This document shows positions 28,089-40,178 of a stretch of 64,000 bases of DNA, one piece after another. Numbering within the stretch: the first letter of the stretch is position 1; every line of letters begins with the position of its first letter. A program made the translations under genes and the position numbers. The DNA comes from Lytechinus pictus (lineage: Eukaryota): assembly GCF_037042905.1 (NCBI RefSeq), contig NC_087247.1, positions 37,138,001-37,202,000 on the forward strand, read 5' to 3'. The notes beneath the pieces were generated by a model, which did no database searches, was not told where the DNA came from, and saw only the letters and a list, made by a program, of their open reading frames with translations.

Positions 28089-30828
28089 CTAAAAATGAAT
28101 GAAGAAAGAGGTTTAAAGGGATCGTTTAACATTGTGAGAAGCTGATTTAAAAAATTCTCAAATTAAGATGAATTATGTTTAAGAGTTTATGTACTTGTTC
28201 TAAGAAACCCTAGAAATCATCTTTATTTTGAATGAAAAGTTTTTAGTAGGTAGGAAAATGTGATTATATTAGAACTCGTCTACTAGACGATTTCCCAAAT
28301 TACTGTGACATCCCGATTTGAAAATAAAATTGTATGCCTCCCTCTGCGTTGAGATCGTAACGGACACGCAAGCGAGAACTGTCAATCAACCAATAGTGAA
28401 TGGGGGCAAGGCCGCTCCGGCCGGCATGCACTGAGAATTGTAAACATTACATGCAGCGCATGTTCTCTGCTGGCTCTTTTCTATAGTGCCTTGACGGTTC
28501 TAGTCGAAGCAGAGAAAGTAGTATGAAAGAAGAAAAACAGATTCTGATAGCGCAACGAAAGATATGTACAGACCATCTAAGATAAGAAAAATGCAGACTT
28601 ACTGACTCCTCGCCGGGATGGTAGTAACGTGGCAAATTTGGGGCGATGTACTTTAATATTACATGAAGATAAAGCGAAAGTGTAGCACCAGAATAAAATA
28701 TGTGCGATCCAGAACATCATACATGTACTTGAGAATAGAATAAGAACATGTGGTCTCTCGAGCTCTGCGTGTGTCGTGAGCTGAGGCATGGACCATGGGC
28801 ATGGCTAGCTAGCTGAGGGAAGGATGGCTTTATCCCATGCGTGAACGTTTCGTTGTTTATGTGGGTATGCAAATTACTTGGTATTACGTAAGACTCTTCC
28901 CATATCGCTCGAAAAATGAACATAATACAGGACATTCATTTTTAATTGTGCAGTCACATGATTATAACATTTCATTTATTCAAGACTGTTTCTCTAATGG
29001 GCCGAGCACCTTTTTGAGAGCAGTAGTCAAAACTTGTGTAGTAAATCTGCCGTATTTTACTCACGTATGCACTCCCTTCCTTTGAACGCGAGGTCCTTTC
29101 TTCTTCTTCTTTTGCTTGACAAATTTTTGGCGAAATACCTTTAGATTGTAAATTTTTAGATGAAAACCTTCTTTTTTTTCTTTTTTTTTTTCTTTTCAAA
29201 ATTTTCTCATGAATTGTGCCTCCTCCCTTTAGAAAAACCTGGATCCACCCCTGCACAACGTAAAGCTGTTCCCCCCCCCCCCTCCAACACATAACTGCAC
29301 AGCCCAACAACCAATGTATAACGAAAATTTTTATAATAATTATATAAAAAGATTTGGTGCAGCATAAAATATATAAAATATAAAGGTATATGCTGGGGAT
29401 AAAAAGGACATGAAAATAATTGCATTATTCTGTGGCCGGCGGCGAAAGCATAAAAATATTAGATTCTGGATTGGCGGTGTTCCGGCGGTGTTGAAGCATG
29501 ATCTTCCGCCGCCAGTGCCAGAATGTATAATTTTACGTACTTCGGGGGGGGGGGGGGTAAGAAATATTTCCATCCACATTTCTTCCACATCGGCTGATAA
29601 ATGCTTAATTATTATCATTTAGGGGGGGGTGTCCCATGCAACTAAAGTCTGAAATTTTAAGTACATCGTAGCTTTATTCTTTAATGATGCGAGCGCGAAG
29701 CGCGCAAGGTAAAGTTTATTTTTATATTTCGCCTTGAAAATAAATATAGGAGCGCGAACTTTTTTATGAACATGAACATCTTAAACGGGTCATTCTACTC
29801 ACTTTTGGTAATCACGCAGGGTATGTTCATCTTAAACAATTCGATTTGATTTATTGTTCTCGTAAATGCGTATTAGCATTTTCATAACAAAAGAAACATA
29901 ATATCGTTTAAAATTTTGGCATGAATAATAGAGTGTACTTATTAAAAATATGATTCAACCCACACACACCAAATGATCCACACCCAACATATTATGATAT
30001 TAACAATTAGCAGGATCGAGGATTGTCATTATAAGCACATTGCTTGGAAAAAAATAACTGAAAACCCGAGATTCAAACTTATTAAATTGCATTGATTATA
30101 CAACAGAATGGTGCGTGCGCGGAGCACGAAGAACGAGTTGAAAATTATTAATATTTTGACATGAAGAGCTGAATCGGGTCATTCTAATCAAATACGGTCT
30201 TATGGTAAGTATAAAGTTTATACGCCAAGCGAGCTGATATTTGTTGAAATTAAGATCTTAATACGAAACATTGTATAAACTGTTTTGGAATATTGCTGCA
30301 TATTTTCCTGAATAATGATAAGAGCGCATGTAAAACGCAAGCTGATTTTTAAAAAAGTATATTCGCGATTGATTTTTTTTGTATAATGATTTCTACTTTT
30401 TCTGTTTTCAAATCGTTCCTCTTTTCTTATTTCATTCACTTTTCTTCTTCTTATATCCTTTCTTATCGTTCCTCTCTATTTCCCCTTTCTCTAGGCATAG
30501 ATAGCAAAGCCCCAAGAAACTCCAGAATCCTGAGACGTCCAGATGGTATTTTGTACAAAAAAATGAAGTCACCAATCTAAAAATGTCACTTTAATCCGAT
30601 TTTAAAAAATGTGGAAAGACACATGCAGGGTTCGGCGACAGGGCATATAAAGTTTAGTAATAAAATAGAGAAATGCGAGTAAACGCAAAGAGTTGAATTT
30701 GAAAAGTTTTTCGATTTTATATTAAAATCCTACATTTTTATTTCAATAGCATGTTCGTGATATTACTTATAACCCCTTATAACATTGCATTATGAAGGGT
30801 TATATATAGATATTCCCGTGATGCACAT

Positions 30829-31107
30829 CAGTGTTTCCACTCCTCCCGAAATTTCGGGAAATTTTACCTTTTCCAGGAAAGGTTCCGAATGAAACAAATC
30901 CATGCAGGAAATTTCGGGAAATCCAAAGATTACAAGTAAACAATAATTAAACATAGCAACTGTCAACATTCATGTTATATTTTTAAAATTGTTTGCTGAA
31001 AGTTTCGGCTGGCTACATTTTTGTACAATTTTTGTTAAAATCAAACTAAAAATTATAGGAAATGTCTATAAATTCGAGAAGTTTGTTTTGGATCTGTGGA
31101 AACACCG
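30829..31107. mobile_element. hAT-like MITE (279 bp) nested in the 10.2-kb element
   Basis: TIR CAGTGTTTCCAC / GTGGAAACACCG. Perfect 8-bp TSD ATGCACAT at 30821-30828 and 31108-31115. Subterminal GAAATTTCGGGAAAT repeats. Confidence 0.85.
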
Positions 31108-32055
31108 ATGCACATGGCCTTTGTAAGCGGGGGTGCTAAATCACCTCCAAGATTTATATGGGGGTGATGTACAGGTTTGATCCAAACACCTTCATTTTGG
31201 TGCGGAAAACAAACTTTATTTTTGATTGTATGATTATTTTGCTTTAAATTTTAAGTATTTTCCTTTGTCAAAACTGCTATTTTGGTATTATTGGTTTTAG
31301 TAAACATGTGATATTCATCTTTTTCTTATTTTTATTTTCACATTTTTCCTTTCTTTTCTTTTTTCTTTCTTTCTTTCCCTCTTCCTTTTTAAGGGGGTAA
31401 CTACCCCACTTATCTAAAATTTAGGAGGGCGTGCCCCTTCCCCTCGCTTCCATTTATCGCTACCTTTCCCATTCCCTTCGTTAGTCTGGTAACCTTATTT
31501 CGACGTCAAAGAGTCCACTCTATTGTTCTACAACACAACGAACATGACTAAAGAAAGAAAATTGGGAGAGAGAAGTAAAATGAAAGGATCTGAAAACGAA
31601 AATAAAACGACGTGTGACCAGGTTAAATTCTCTTATTCACAAAGTGCAACCCTGGACATGGAGGAATGGGGGGTCTGAACATGTGATTTTTGAAATCTTG
31701 AAATGAAAATCATTACATCATTATGGAATATAAACAGGGGAAAAGACAAACAAGAACATAGCAGACATTTTCGTTTCTAATATTAAAATGTCCTTTATTT
31801 TTTCTCCTATTTCTTGTGTTGTCCAAGGTTGGAGGTTGGTTGCTAGCGACCCCCTCCCTTCACGCTAGCGCATTTACACACTGACGAGGCGGATCGGAGA
31901 GATGAAATCATATATCTCCAGAATGGACGATGAAAAAAAATTAAAATTATTGAAAGGGGGAGCGGGAACGCTATAGATTATGCCTATACCTGCGGCCCCC
32001 TAAAAAAAATGGAGACGAGGGAAGTGGGAGGGGCGAGTAGCGTATAAGTTCTAAG

Positions 32056-32133
32056 TAATGATAATAATAGTAATAAAATAATATAATATATATATAGCAC
32101 ACGTGTCCATCTTGTTAGGTGCTCAAGGTGCCC
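32056..32133 (-). mobile_element. L2-type 3' tail remnant (LINE or tail-sharing SINE)
   Basis: Reverse complement GCACCTTGAGCACCTAACAAGATGGACACGTGTGCTATATA plus an ATT-rich tail parallels the L2 tail at 34580-34680. Confidence 0.6.
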
Positions 32134-33300
32134 ATGTATTATTATCACTGCTTGATTCGTGTGATCAAAACGAACATACCTATAATCCTTTATTTGAGCC
32201 CCTCCCCCGCGCAAACGAAAAACACTACGAACTTCCACAACCATGCAAGGGAGAGGGGGGGGGGGAGAAGTGGTGTTCATTTTCAAAAGTGATTATATTA
32301 TTTTATTTTTTGCTCACGAGCTACACTCCATCGTAAATGTTCAAAATGTTTGTCGGTATAGCCCTTGATTCTACAAATGTATATCGGTAACGTGTACCGA
32401 CGTCATGAGTCTTGGAAGTGTTCAACACTCTCCTCAGTCACATTTTCTTCCACCATACCCAGGGCAGTTTTTTTTTTTTTGGGGGGGGGGCATTATTCAC
32501 GTTATTATTTATTTATTTATTCATTTTATATTAGAGGGCTTGACCTAACTAAAGATCGAAGTTCTAATACAGTCTTATCTTACCTTATCTCATGAGGTCT
32601 AAATATATCACATGCAAGCTAAATTTATTGTATATTTTTATTTAGAACTGAGAATTGAATATTCTGGGCAGTTATTGTAATCATGAAGAAGATGCGTATC
32701 TAACGAAAAGATTCGTGCGAGCGCGAAACACAGAAGTAATTTTTAATATACTCACCTACAAAAGTATTCGTTTTGCAGTGACTCATGAATGTACATGTAA
32801 TACAAATCTCACCAATCAATAAAATGCGAGAGCGAGTTGTACATTTTCAATATCTGGGACTAAAAAATGTATATTCGAATCACATTTTCAACCATAAATT
32901 GGATGGATATATAAGCATAACTTTATGATGCGAGCGTGCATGAAGCGCGAACAGAAATTCTAATTTTCCGCCCGAAACTCGGACAATCTAAGCACTTTTT
33001 CTGTCATGTACAATATGAGTATTATTGAGAACTGAACATGTTAACCACGTTTTGAAATCATAACCAGGATGAGTATGTAATCAAACAATTAATGCGAGCG
33101 CGAAGCGCGAGCTGATTATTATTTTTTTAATTCAGATCTAAAAACTGGAAAGTTCAAGTCCGTTTTTTATTTAAAGAAGAAACGTCATATTAGAGAATTA
33201 GACGCGAGGTGATTTTCCCCCTAGATTTAGACCTAAAACAAGACATAAAAAGCAATGGAACCATGAACAGAATGGCTATATATAAAAACTCTCCTTCACA

Positions 33301-33371
33301 TATATATATATATATATATATATATGTGAAGTTATACATGTACATGTTATACATATATACATGTACATGTT

Positions 33372-33402
<31 letters not shown>
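33301..33402. repeat. Compound (TA)n microsatellite
   Basis: Two TA runs separated by TACATGTACATGTTATACA repeats. Confidence 0.9.
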
Positions 33403-33405
<3 letters not shown>

Positions 33406-33473
33406 CTCAACAATCGATTAGAGCGCGGAGCGCAAGCTGATATTTCTTCCGACATGAAAAGTGGACTTTATTA

Positions 33474-35091
33474 CATGGCGTATCTAGCCGGGGCGGCAAT
33501 GGAGGCACGTGCCCCGGGTGCTACTTTCAGTGGTGCAAAAACGGGAGATAGATGCAAAGAAAGAAAGGGAAAAAATGAATAGAAAAAGCAAAGGAATTAA
33601 GACGCTGAAAAAAGGAATACCGCTGACGGTAATACCCCCGTTCTCTGTACCATTAATGCACTTTTCAACGTAAAAAAATAATCTTGCATGTCTTTACCCA
33701 GGGATGAATATTCGTGCAACTTTTAATTAGTGATATACTTATATTCTCTCCATGAATTCCAACAAACACTCCTTATAAAAAAAAAATAGTTTTTCAAACT
33801 TAAATGTCATAACTTTTCATCTATAGCTACGAGTTTGCATTATTTTTATACCTTTCTTTTCATTAATTCTTGCAAACAGTTCAGAAATATAATTTTCTGG
33901 TTTGTAAAGGCTTCTCACCACGCTCTGATTTTGATGAGGGAGATAAAAACTCTCCATTATACATTTTTAGGTGAGGATATACAAAATATCATCTCGCGCT
34001 TCGCGCTCACATTAGGGCCTACCCCGATGAGATACGTATCCTTTTCATGAATTCCTACAAAAAACCCCTAAAATTATCCATGCTTTGATTTCCTCCCGTT
34101 TAGATTTTTCAAATTAACCTCCCGCAAAAAGATTGGACAAAACTTCAACGTCTACAAAACTCTGCTGCCCGTCTCCTAACATACACTAAAAAGTATGACT
34201 CCATCTCGCCAATCCTCCAGTCCTTACATTGGCTGCCTGTTGATAAAAGAATCTCCTTCAAAATTATTTTACTATTATTCAATTTATTCTCTCTTCCCCA
34301 AAATATCTCCGCAGCTCTATCTCAAAATATCAGCCTTCACGCAGTCTCCGCTCATCATTCTGATGCTCTATTGCTCCAGACACCCAGAACCCGACACAAA
34401 TGGGGGGATGCATTCTCTGTTATAGGACCAAATTAAGCTATGGAATCGATTGCCTATCCAATTACGCCATATTTTCATCAACAGAAACATTCAAGTCCCA
34501 GTGAAACATTCAGGAGAATTCAAATTCTATTCTTTTTCGTTTTCTATTGTTGTTGGGTGTTGTGTTTATTTTTCTACAAGCGCCATGAGCACCGAAAGGT
34601 GGACGCGTGCGCTATATAAGAAGCCACCAATTATTGTTATTATTATTATTATAATTATTATCATTATCATCATTATTATTAAGATTTCCCCTCAATATTA
34701 ATTTTTCAGCTCGCCCCTCGTGCTTGCATGAAATGCTTAATTAGACAAGCATCGATATGTCCCGATTGTAGGTCTCAATATCAATAATTTTCGGCTCGCG
34801 CTTCGCGAATGCGTTCATTGTCTGGATATGCATCATGTTAATTATTACAAAAAGTGCTTAGAATATTCCTTTTTAAGATCTTAATACTGAAAATAATAGG
34901 CACGTGCTTAGCGCTCGCATACGTTGTTTTCGTTAGATACGCATCATTTTCATGATAAAAAAACCCGGACTAGAATATTATGTTTTATTTTGACTGGTCG
35001 AGTGCAGAGTATATACACAAAAGACCTATATTTTGAAAGGGGTGCGATTTTAGCACTTGCCCGGGCCTCGTTTGTTCTAGATACGCCACTG
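33474..35091. mobile_element. Nested ~1.6-kb TIR element with CA(G)TGGCGTATCTAG termini
   Basis: Left CATGGCGTATCTAG...GGCACGTGCCCCGGGTGCTA and right TAGCACTTGCCCGGGCC...CTAGATACGCCACTG. It brackets exactly the block where the GCGCGAAGCGC repeats are reversed. No clear TSD. Confidence 0.6.
34073..34680 (+). mobile_element. 5'-truncated L2-clade LINE (ORF2 C-terminus, 3' stem-loop, (ATT)n tail)
   Basis: Frameshifted translation IIHALISSRLDFSN / KLQRLQNSAARLLTYTKKYDSISPILQSLHWLPVDKRISFKI / YQPSRSLRS / KLWNRLP. 3' end CACCGAAAGGTG...GCGCTATATAAG followed by an ATT repeat tail. Confidence 0.9.
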
Positions 35092-38050
35092 TGGACATGA
35101 TGGACATTAAATTAAACAATGCGAGCGAATAGCGCGAGCTGAATATTATTATGGCCCGACAACTGGACATTCTAAGCAGGTTTTTTTAATGTAAATATCA
35201 AAGTATATGTACCTCATCAAACAATAATTGCAAGCGTGAAGCACAATAAGCTATTTTTTACATGTAGACATAAAAACTAGACATTCCTTTTGCACTTCTT
35301 GTAATAATGAATACGAAGGGTATATCATGCTCAACAATATATTTTTTTTAAATATGTAATTGATCATGACTGGACGTTGTAAAACAATAAAGAACAAGCT
35401 GTTTGTAGCGCGAACTAAATTTACTGACATAAAAGTGAATATCTTAAAAGCGCTGCCCAACACGTAAGAAACTTGTGAAGATGATAATGGAACAGTCTGA
35501 ATGATGCGAGCGCGAAGCGCGAGCTAACAATTTTGGCGACTGGGACATATGGCCGGGCAATTTTAATCACTGTACGTAAAAAAGAATGGGCTTGATTGTA
35601 AGGCGATTTAGACCTAAAACCTATATACATTCAAATCTCTCTCGGAACATGAAGCAATTAATTAGAACCGCCCTGTGTGACAGTATATTCTAATCACTGT
35701 CGGTATAGCATATATATACACGGAGTAATGGAACATTCCTTCGTGACCCAACAGTTATATCATTTTTCCGGTAGGCGTCAGTCCGACAGCCTCTTTTCTT
35801 TTCATTTTTTTTCTTTCCTTCTTCCACTTTTCTTCTTTCTCACTTTTTCCATTCTCACTTCTATTTTCCCCCTCTCCCCCTTACCCCGACATGGGAAGGG
35901 GGGGGGTCATACCCTGTTAGAGACGGCCTTTTAATATCGACGGAAATACAATTATACACGAATTTAAGTGTATTGTTATGTGATAGTTGTGGTGATGATG
36001 TATGACTAATTGTTCCATGGAATTTGAATGTTTCAGTGATTGGATCGAGCAGAAAAGGGAACTTTCGTGATTGATAACGTGTGACTAATTACACTATTTC
36101 ATTTTTCATTATTTTCCCCAAATGAATGATATCATGAGGATATATTATTTTACATTTGTTTTATATTGATTTGTTATACTCGTATTTATTAGAAATTTTC
36201 ATATTGTAATGCTAATTTAATTAATTAATTTTTAGGGACCCCGGGGAAGAACAGGTTGGCTATCAATAGCCAATCTGAAACGGGTCTATCCCTACGATTA
36301 TGTATTACATGCATTGTAAGCTTCATTACTGTTATATTGTTAATTTGTTATATTGTTTTTTTTTTATTATTTGATTATGTAATGTTATTTTGTTTATATT
36401 TATGCATTTTTTTAATCGTGAATATAACCAACCAATATAAACAATACCAGATCGAAGGTAAAGGATGCTTCATATACGCTGAGGTTTCATATAAATTGTA
36501 TGAAGAAAATCAATAACCAATTTACAGGTTTTCAGGTAAACGAGCTAGAAAAGAACACAAAACACTATTTTCACGTAAGGTTCATATAGTAATCAGGGAT
36601 GTGTAAAAAAAATCAGACTTCTTTTTTACTGTAAAGAATTTACGGAAGGAGGATCGAGAGAGGGGAAGCAGAAGAAAAGAAAAGAGCGGCCGAAAGAAAT
36701 GGAAAATGTAAAAGAAAAGTGATATGATTTGAAAGATGTCATGAGCGGATTATATGGCGGAGAAACTGAAAGAATTATTGACCCCAATCATGGATAAAAT
36801 TAAATACGATTCCTACCCCTTACAAAAAAACCATTCAAATAAAAAAAATAAAAAACCAACAAAGTTTATGGATAATAATTTGTAGGTCTAATAGTCATTA
36901 TAGTCCGGGGTCTAGGAGTTGAGATGTTTTGGGTTTGCAACAACCCTATCTACCACGTTCCAAAATAAAGTCCAAAACGGATAGGCCCCGATCGATCGGA
37001 GGGGGGGGGGGCAATACGTTGATCATGTTGATCATATAGTTTCTCCCCGGGAGTTTCTCATAAGCATCTTACGTGAGATAGGCCTACCGAAGATTTTGAT
37101 GGGATGGGAAATCCGGGATGGGAATATCTTTGTTGGGGGAGCTCGTGGAGAACGTAAAAACACACACACACACACACAAAAAAAAACCACGATGGTGGAT
37201 GTTTCCATGCCAGGGGGGGGGGGGGGAAGGAGAGGTCACTGCCTTTATTCCGAGTTCCTACCCAGCTATGCCCCGTGCATGTAAACATGCACATGACACA
37301 CGAAGGCCTGTGACTACGTGGACGTAACATGACCAGAGTGGAGTTCGGATACATATTACAGCTCCATGATAGTGCATTACATGGAGCTATATTGCATTCT
37401 CTTCTCGAATCAGTCGACGGACGTTTGCTATATCGTGACCAGGTAAAAGAGAATTATCAACAACCACAAGGATATATCTTGTAGTGCATGCAAAGGTAAA
37501 CTAAAGAAAAGAACAGAGGGGATTTTTTTTTTTGGGGGGGGCACAATATAGCTTCTGGAAAATCACGCTCCATCCCCGGCCCCCATGATCCACAAAAAAA
37601 ACTACTATTACTCTACACTGTAGATCCGAGATTGTATTTGTAGCCCCGGTTTGTCGCGTTCTTTTCTGTTGTTGTCGTTTTATTTGCTACTAATTTACGT
37701 CGCCAAAATATAAATTCATCAAAATCCCATGGTCTGTAAGTCTACAAAGTTCATTATGAGGCATACATGTAGCATATTCAAATGTACAGACGGGGTACAG
37801 ACCACAGACGGAATGGACATTCACGAGTTCGACACAGTTTGACAGTATGATCATGGACCTATGATATTCCCCCAATGTTATGCACAAGCGACACACACAG
37901 CTAGCTAAACACCCTTTCACACAGTACAGGCAATAAGCAACGCACATGCATCGATCGCTTATCGCACACACCGAGCGGAGACACAGAAAAAACCCAAAAC
38001 AAACTAACTTCGCCCACAGATCACGCAAGAAGCGAAATTCCCCGTGGTAA

Positions 38051-38090
38051 GCTCCGCCTACTTTCTTGCATACATCACAAGGTGGCGCTA
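38051..38090 (+). promoter_or_regulatory. Candidate CTCF site plus adjacent GC-box in the right arm of the 10.2-kb element
   Basis: TCACAAGGTGGCGCTA (38075-38090) is close to the CTCF core CCASYAGRKGGCRS. GCTCCGCCTA (38051-38060) is an Sp/KLF-like box on the minus strand. Confidence 0.45.
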
Positions 38091-40132
38091 TATAATATCG
38101 ATTTAAATTTGAAACAGAATCATGAATCAACCGTCGAGAAGTGCATTTTTCTCTTCAAACATTGCCTCAGATTTTCAGTTTTTAAAAACACTTCCCGAAC
38201 ATGTTATGATCCCAAACTTTCACATGGGTATTTTTGAGCTGTTAGTCAAATGTTCATACCATTTTCAAAAAGCAATATGATAATTTTTTAAATTGCTCGC
38301 AAAGTGAAACAATCCCTTTAAATTTATGATTAATGGATTCTATGATAATTGATACAGTGACAATTGCTATGAAAGAAATTCTATGCATCAAACCAAACAT
38401 AGATACTGACCTCATACCCGATACTAACCAATCACATTCTGATTAACCAAAATACAATCACAAGCTATACCCTAACCATAACCCTGACAATAACACTACA
38501 CTTTAAAAGCTACAGTGTTAAGAACGACACCAGTCAATGTGCTGAGAGTACTACAACCTCAGGTGTACAAAATATATGATGGGGTTTGTATACAACACCA
38601 AATAGTGCTTAAATAACAAATAACACCATGCATGATTAATTTTACACGAGCATGAACTGCTTACTGTGGTACTCAGTGAACACTTGTGGAGTTTTGATGG
38701 TCATGGACTGTATTCAGGAGCAGAGGTTTGGTAATCAATTACCAAAAACTTGCTTATTGTGTTGAAACAGTTTCTTTTTTTTTCAGATATTAAATCACTT
38801 AATATTCATATTGTTTATGTTACTACAATTTAGAGGTTACATTAAGTTAAATAATTCTAGTATTTAAAACAAAATAACATCTAAAATGGCTATCCAATTA
38901 ATCTAAATGGTGTGTTGAAAATGTGTCAAAATTATTAGTGGTGTACTAAAATTTATAGCATGGCTGAACTTGAGAACATACACTGGTAGCTTGTGACTTC
39001 AGAAAATGCACACAAACAAGCCAAAATCTATTCAATTTATTCATTGTGATTTCTGTTCAAAGAGAGACAAATGTTTAAATAACATACATAGACCTATCCT
39101 GGCATTGGTTCTGAGGTGCTAAAGCCAAATATTGATATTTCATACAAAAAAATGTTTTGTTATTGCAATGCCATAATTCAACATTTTTGTTGACACCCCA
39201 CTAGGGACCATTCTCACTGACAGTGAAATATTGCTGTAAAGAGGATATATCTATTTTCTTCCAATAGAGACATAAAAAGCGTATTAAATAAAGCAAGGGA
39301 AGCAGGACTTAACTTACAAGTCCTCTAGCATTATTTTTATTGGTAAATTCAGTAATTTTTAACTGCTTGAATATTTATTATGACATCCAACACAAGATCT
39401 TGTCTTTCATAAGTTGGTACAGTTCAGCGCATGAAGCACATGCACGAAAGATCAAAAGTTTCCTGGCAAGCTGATTTATACTGGTATTAAGTGAATGTGA
39501 ACGCTGACTTCAAGAAATTTTCAAAATTTGAAAAATTGAGCAATATTTGCAGATGAGAATGACCCTACTGAATGAGCGTTTCAGTGAAGAAAGCAACAAA
39601 TGCAGGAACAACGGGGAATGTCAACCAGCAAGTGAGTGGTCTCGAGGTGGGAGAAATACAGTGGCTTAATCACAGCCCAATTATATTTTGAGTGTTAGGA
39701 GGGGTTGGCAAAGTCTAAAAGATTAAAAATGACAAAGATGAGAATTTAACTTTGAAATTGTCAGGAAGTGAAGCGTTGCTGATGGGAAAGACCTCCTCCT
39801 GAGTCTGACAATGACTTGACTTTTCCTTCACCTTACACTTGAAATACCAGATATTTATATCAATCCTACAAACAGTCCACCTCTAATGGGTATACATTAA
39901 TGTCAGTAAAAATTCTTTGACAAGAGTTCCAAAAAAAAGGTGGCCATGAAAACAATACGGTAGCAAAATGTAACTTCAAACTTGTTTTCTATTCACAATA
40001 GCAGGGGAGCATATAGCCCTTGCATGGCTCAACATCATTACAAGCGCAATAAATACTTTTTTGAAGTAAATATCTTCAAGTAAGCCTAAGAAGTTATTAA
40101 AGTTTTAAAAAAATATAGAAAGGGATATAGGC

Positions 40133-40135
<3 letters not shown>

Positions 40136-40176
<41 letters not shown>
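40136..40176. repeat. (TA)n microsatellite
   Basis: Direct reading. Confidence 0.95.

Positions 40177-40178
<2 letters not shown>

Larger units (their letters stand above)
29687..35524. repeat. Dispersed, degenerate tandem ~100-110-bp repeat with conserved ATGCGAGCGCGAAGCGCGAGCTG core
   Basis: About 18 recognisable cores. Perfect GCGCGAAGCGC at 29693, 33098 and 35510, and reversed at 33996. Runs spaced about 105 bp apart (e.g. ~32717, ~32825, ~32930). Confidence 0.8.
28117..38317. mobile_element. 10.2-kb composite element with Kolobok-like TIRs and TTAA duplication, apparently non-autonomous
   Basis: Left end AGGGATCGTTTAACATTGTGAGAAGCTGATTTAAAAAATTCTCAAATT versus right end (reverse complement) AGGGATTGTTTCACTTTGCGAGCA----ATTTAAAAAATTATCATATT. 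TTAA at 28113-28116 and 38318-38321. The interior is visibly CpG-rich, unlike both flanks. Confidence 0.75.

Noticed and set aside
29687-35524. CRISPR-like repeat-spacer appearance
   Set aside because: The context is a eukaryotic intron, the repeats are degenerate, the ~85-bp spacers are homologous to each other and there are no cas genes.
37690-38130. 146-aa Cys-rich minus-strand ORF inside the right arm of the 10.2-kb element
   Set aside because: It starts at TTG, the cysteines derive from TG-rich low-complexity sequence, and there is no THAP, zinc-finger or DDE pattern.
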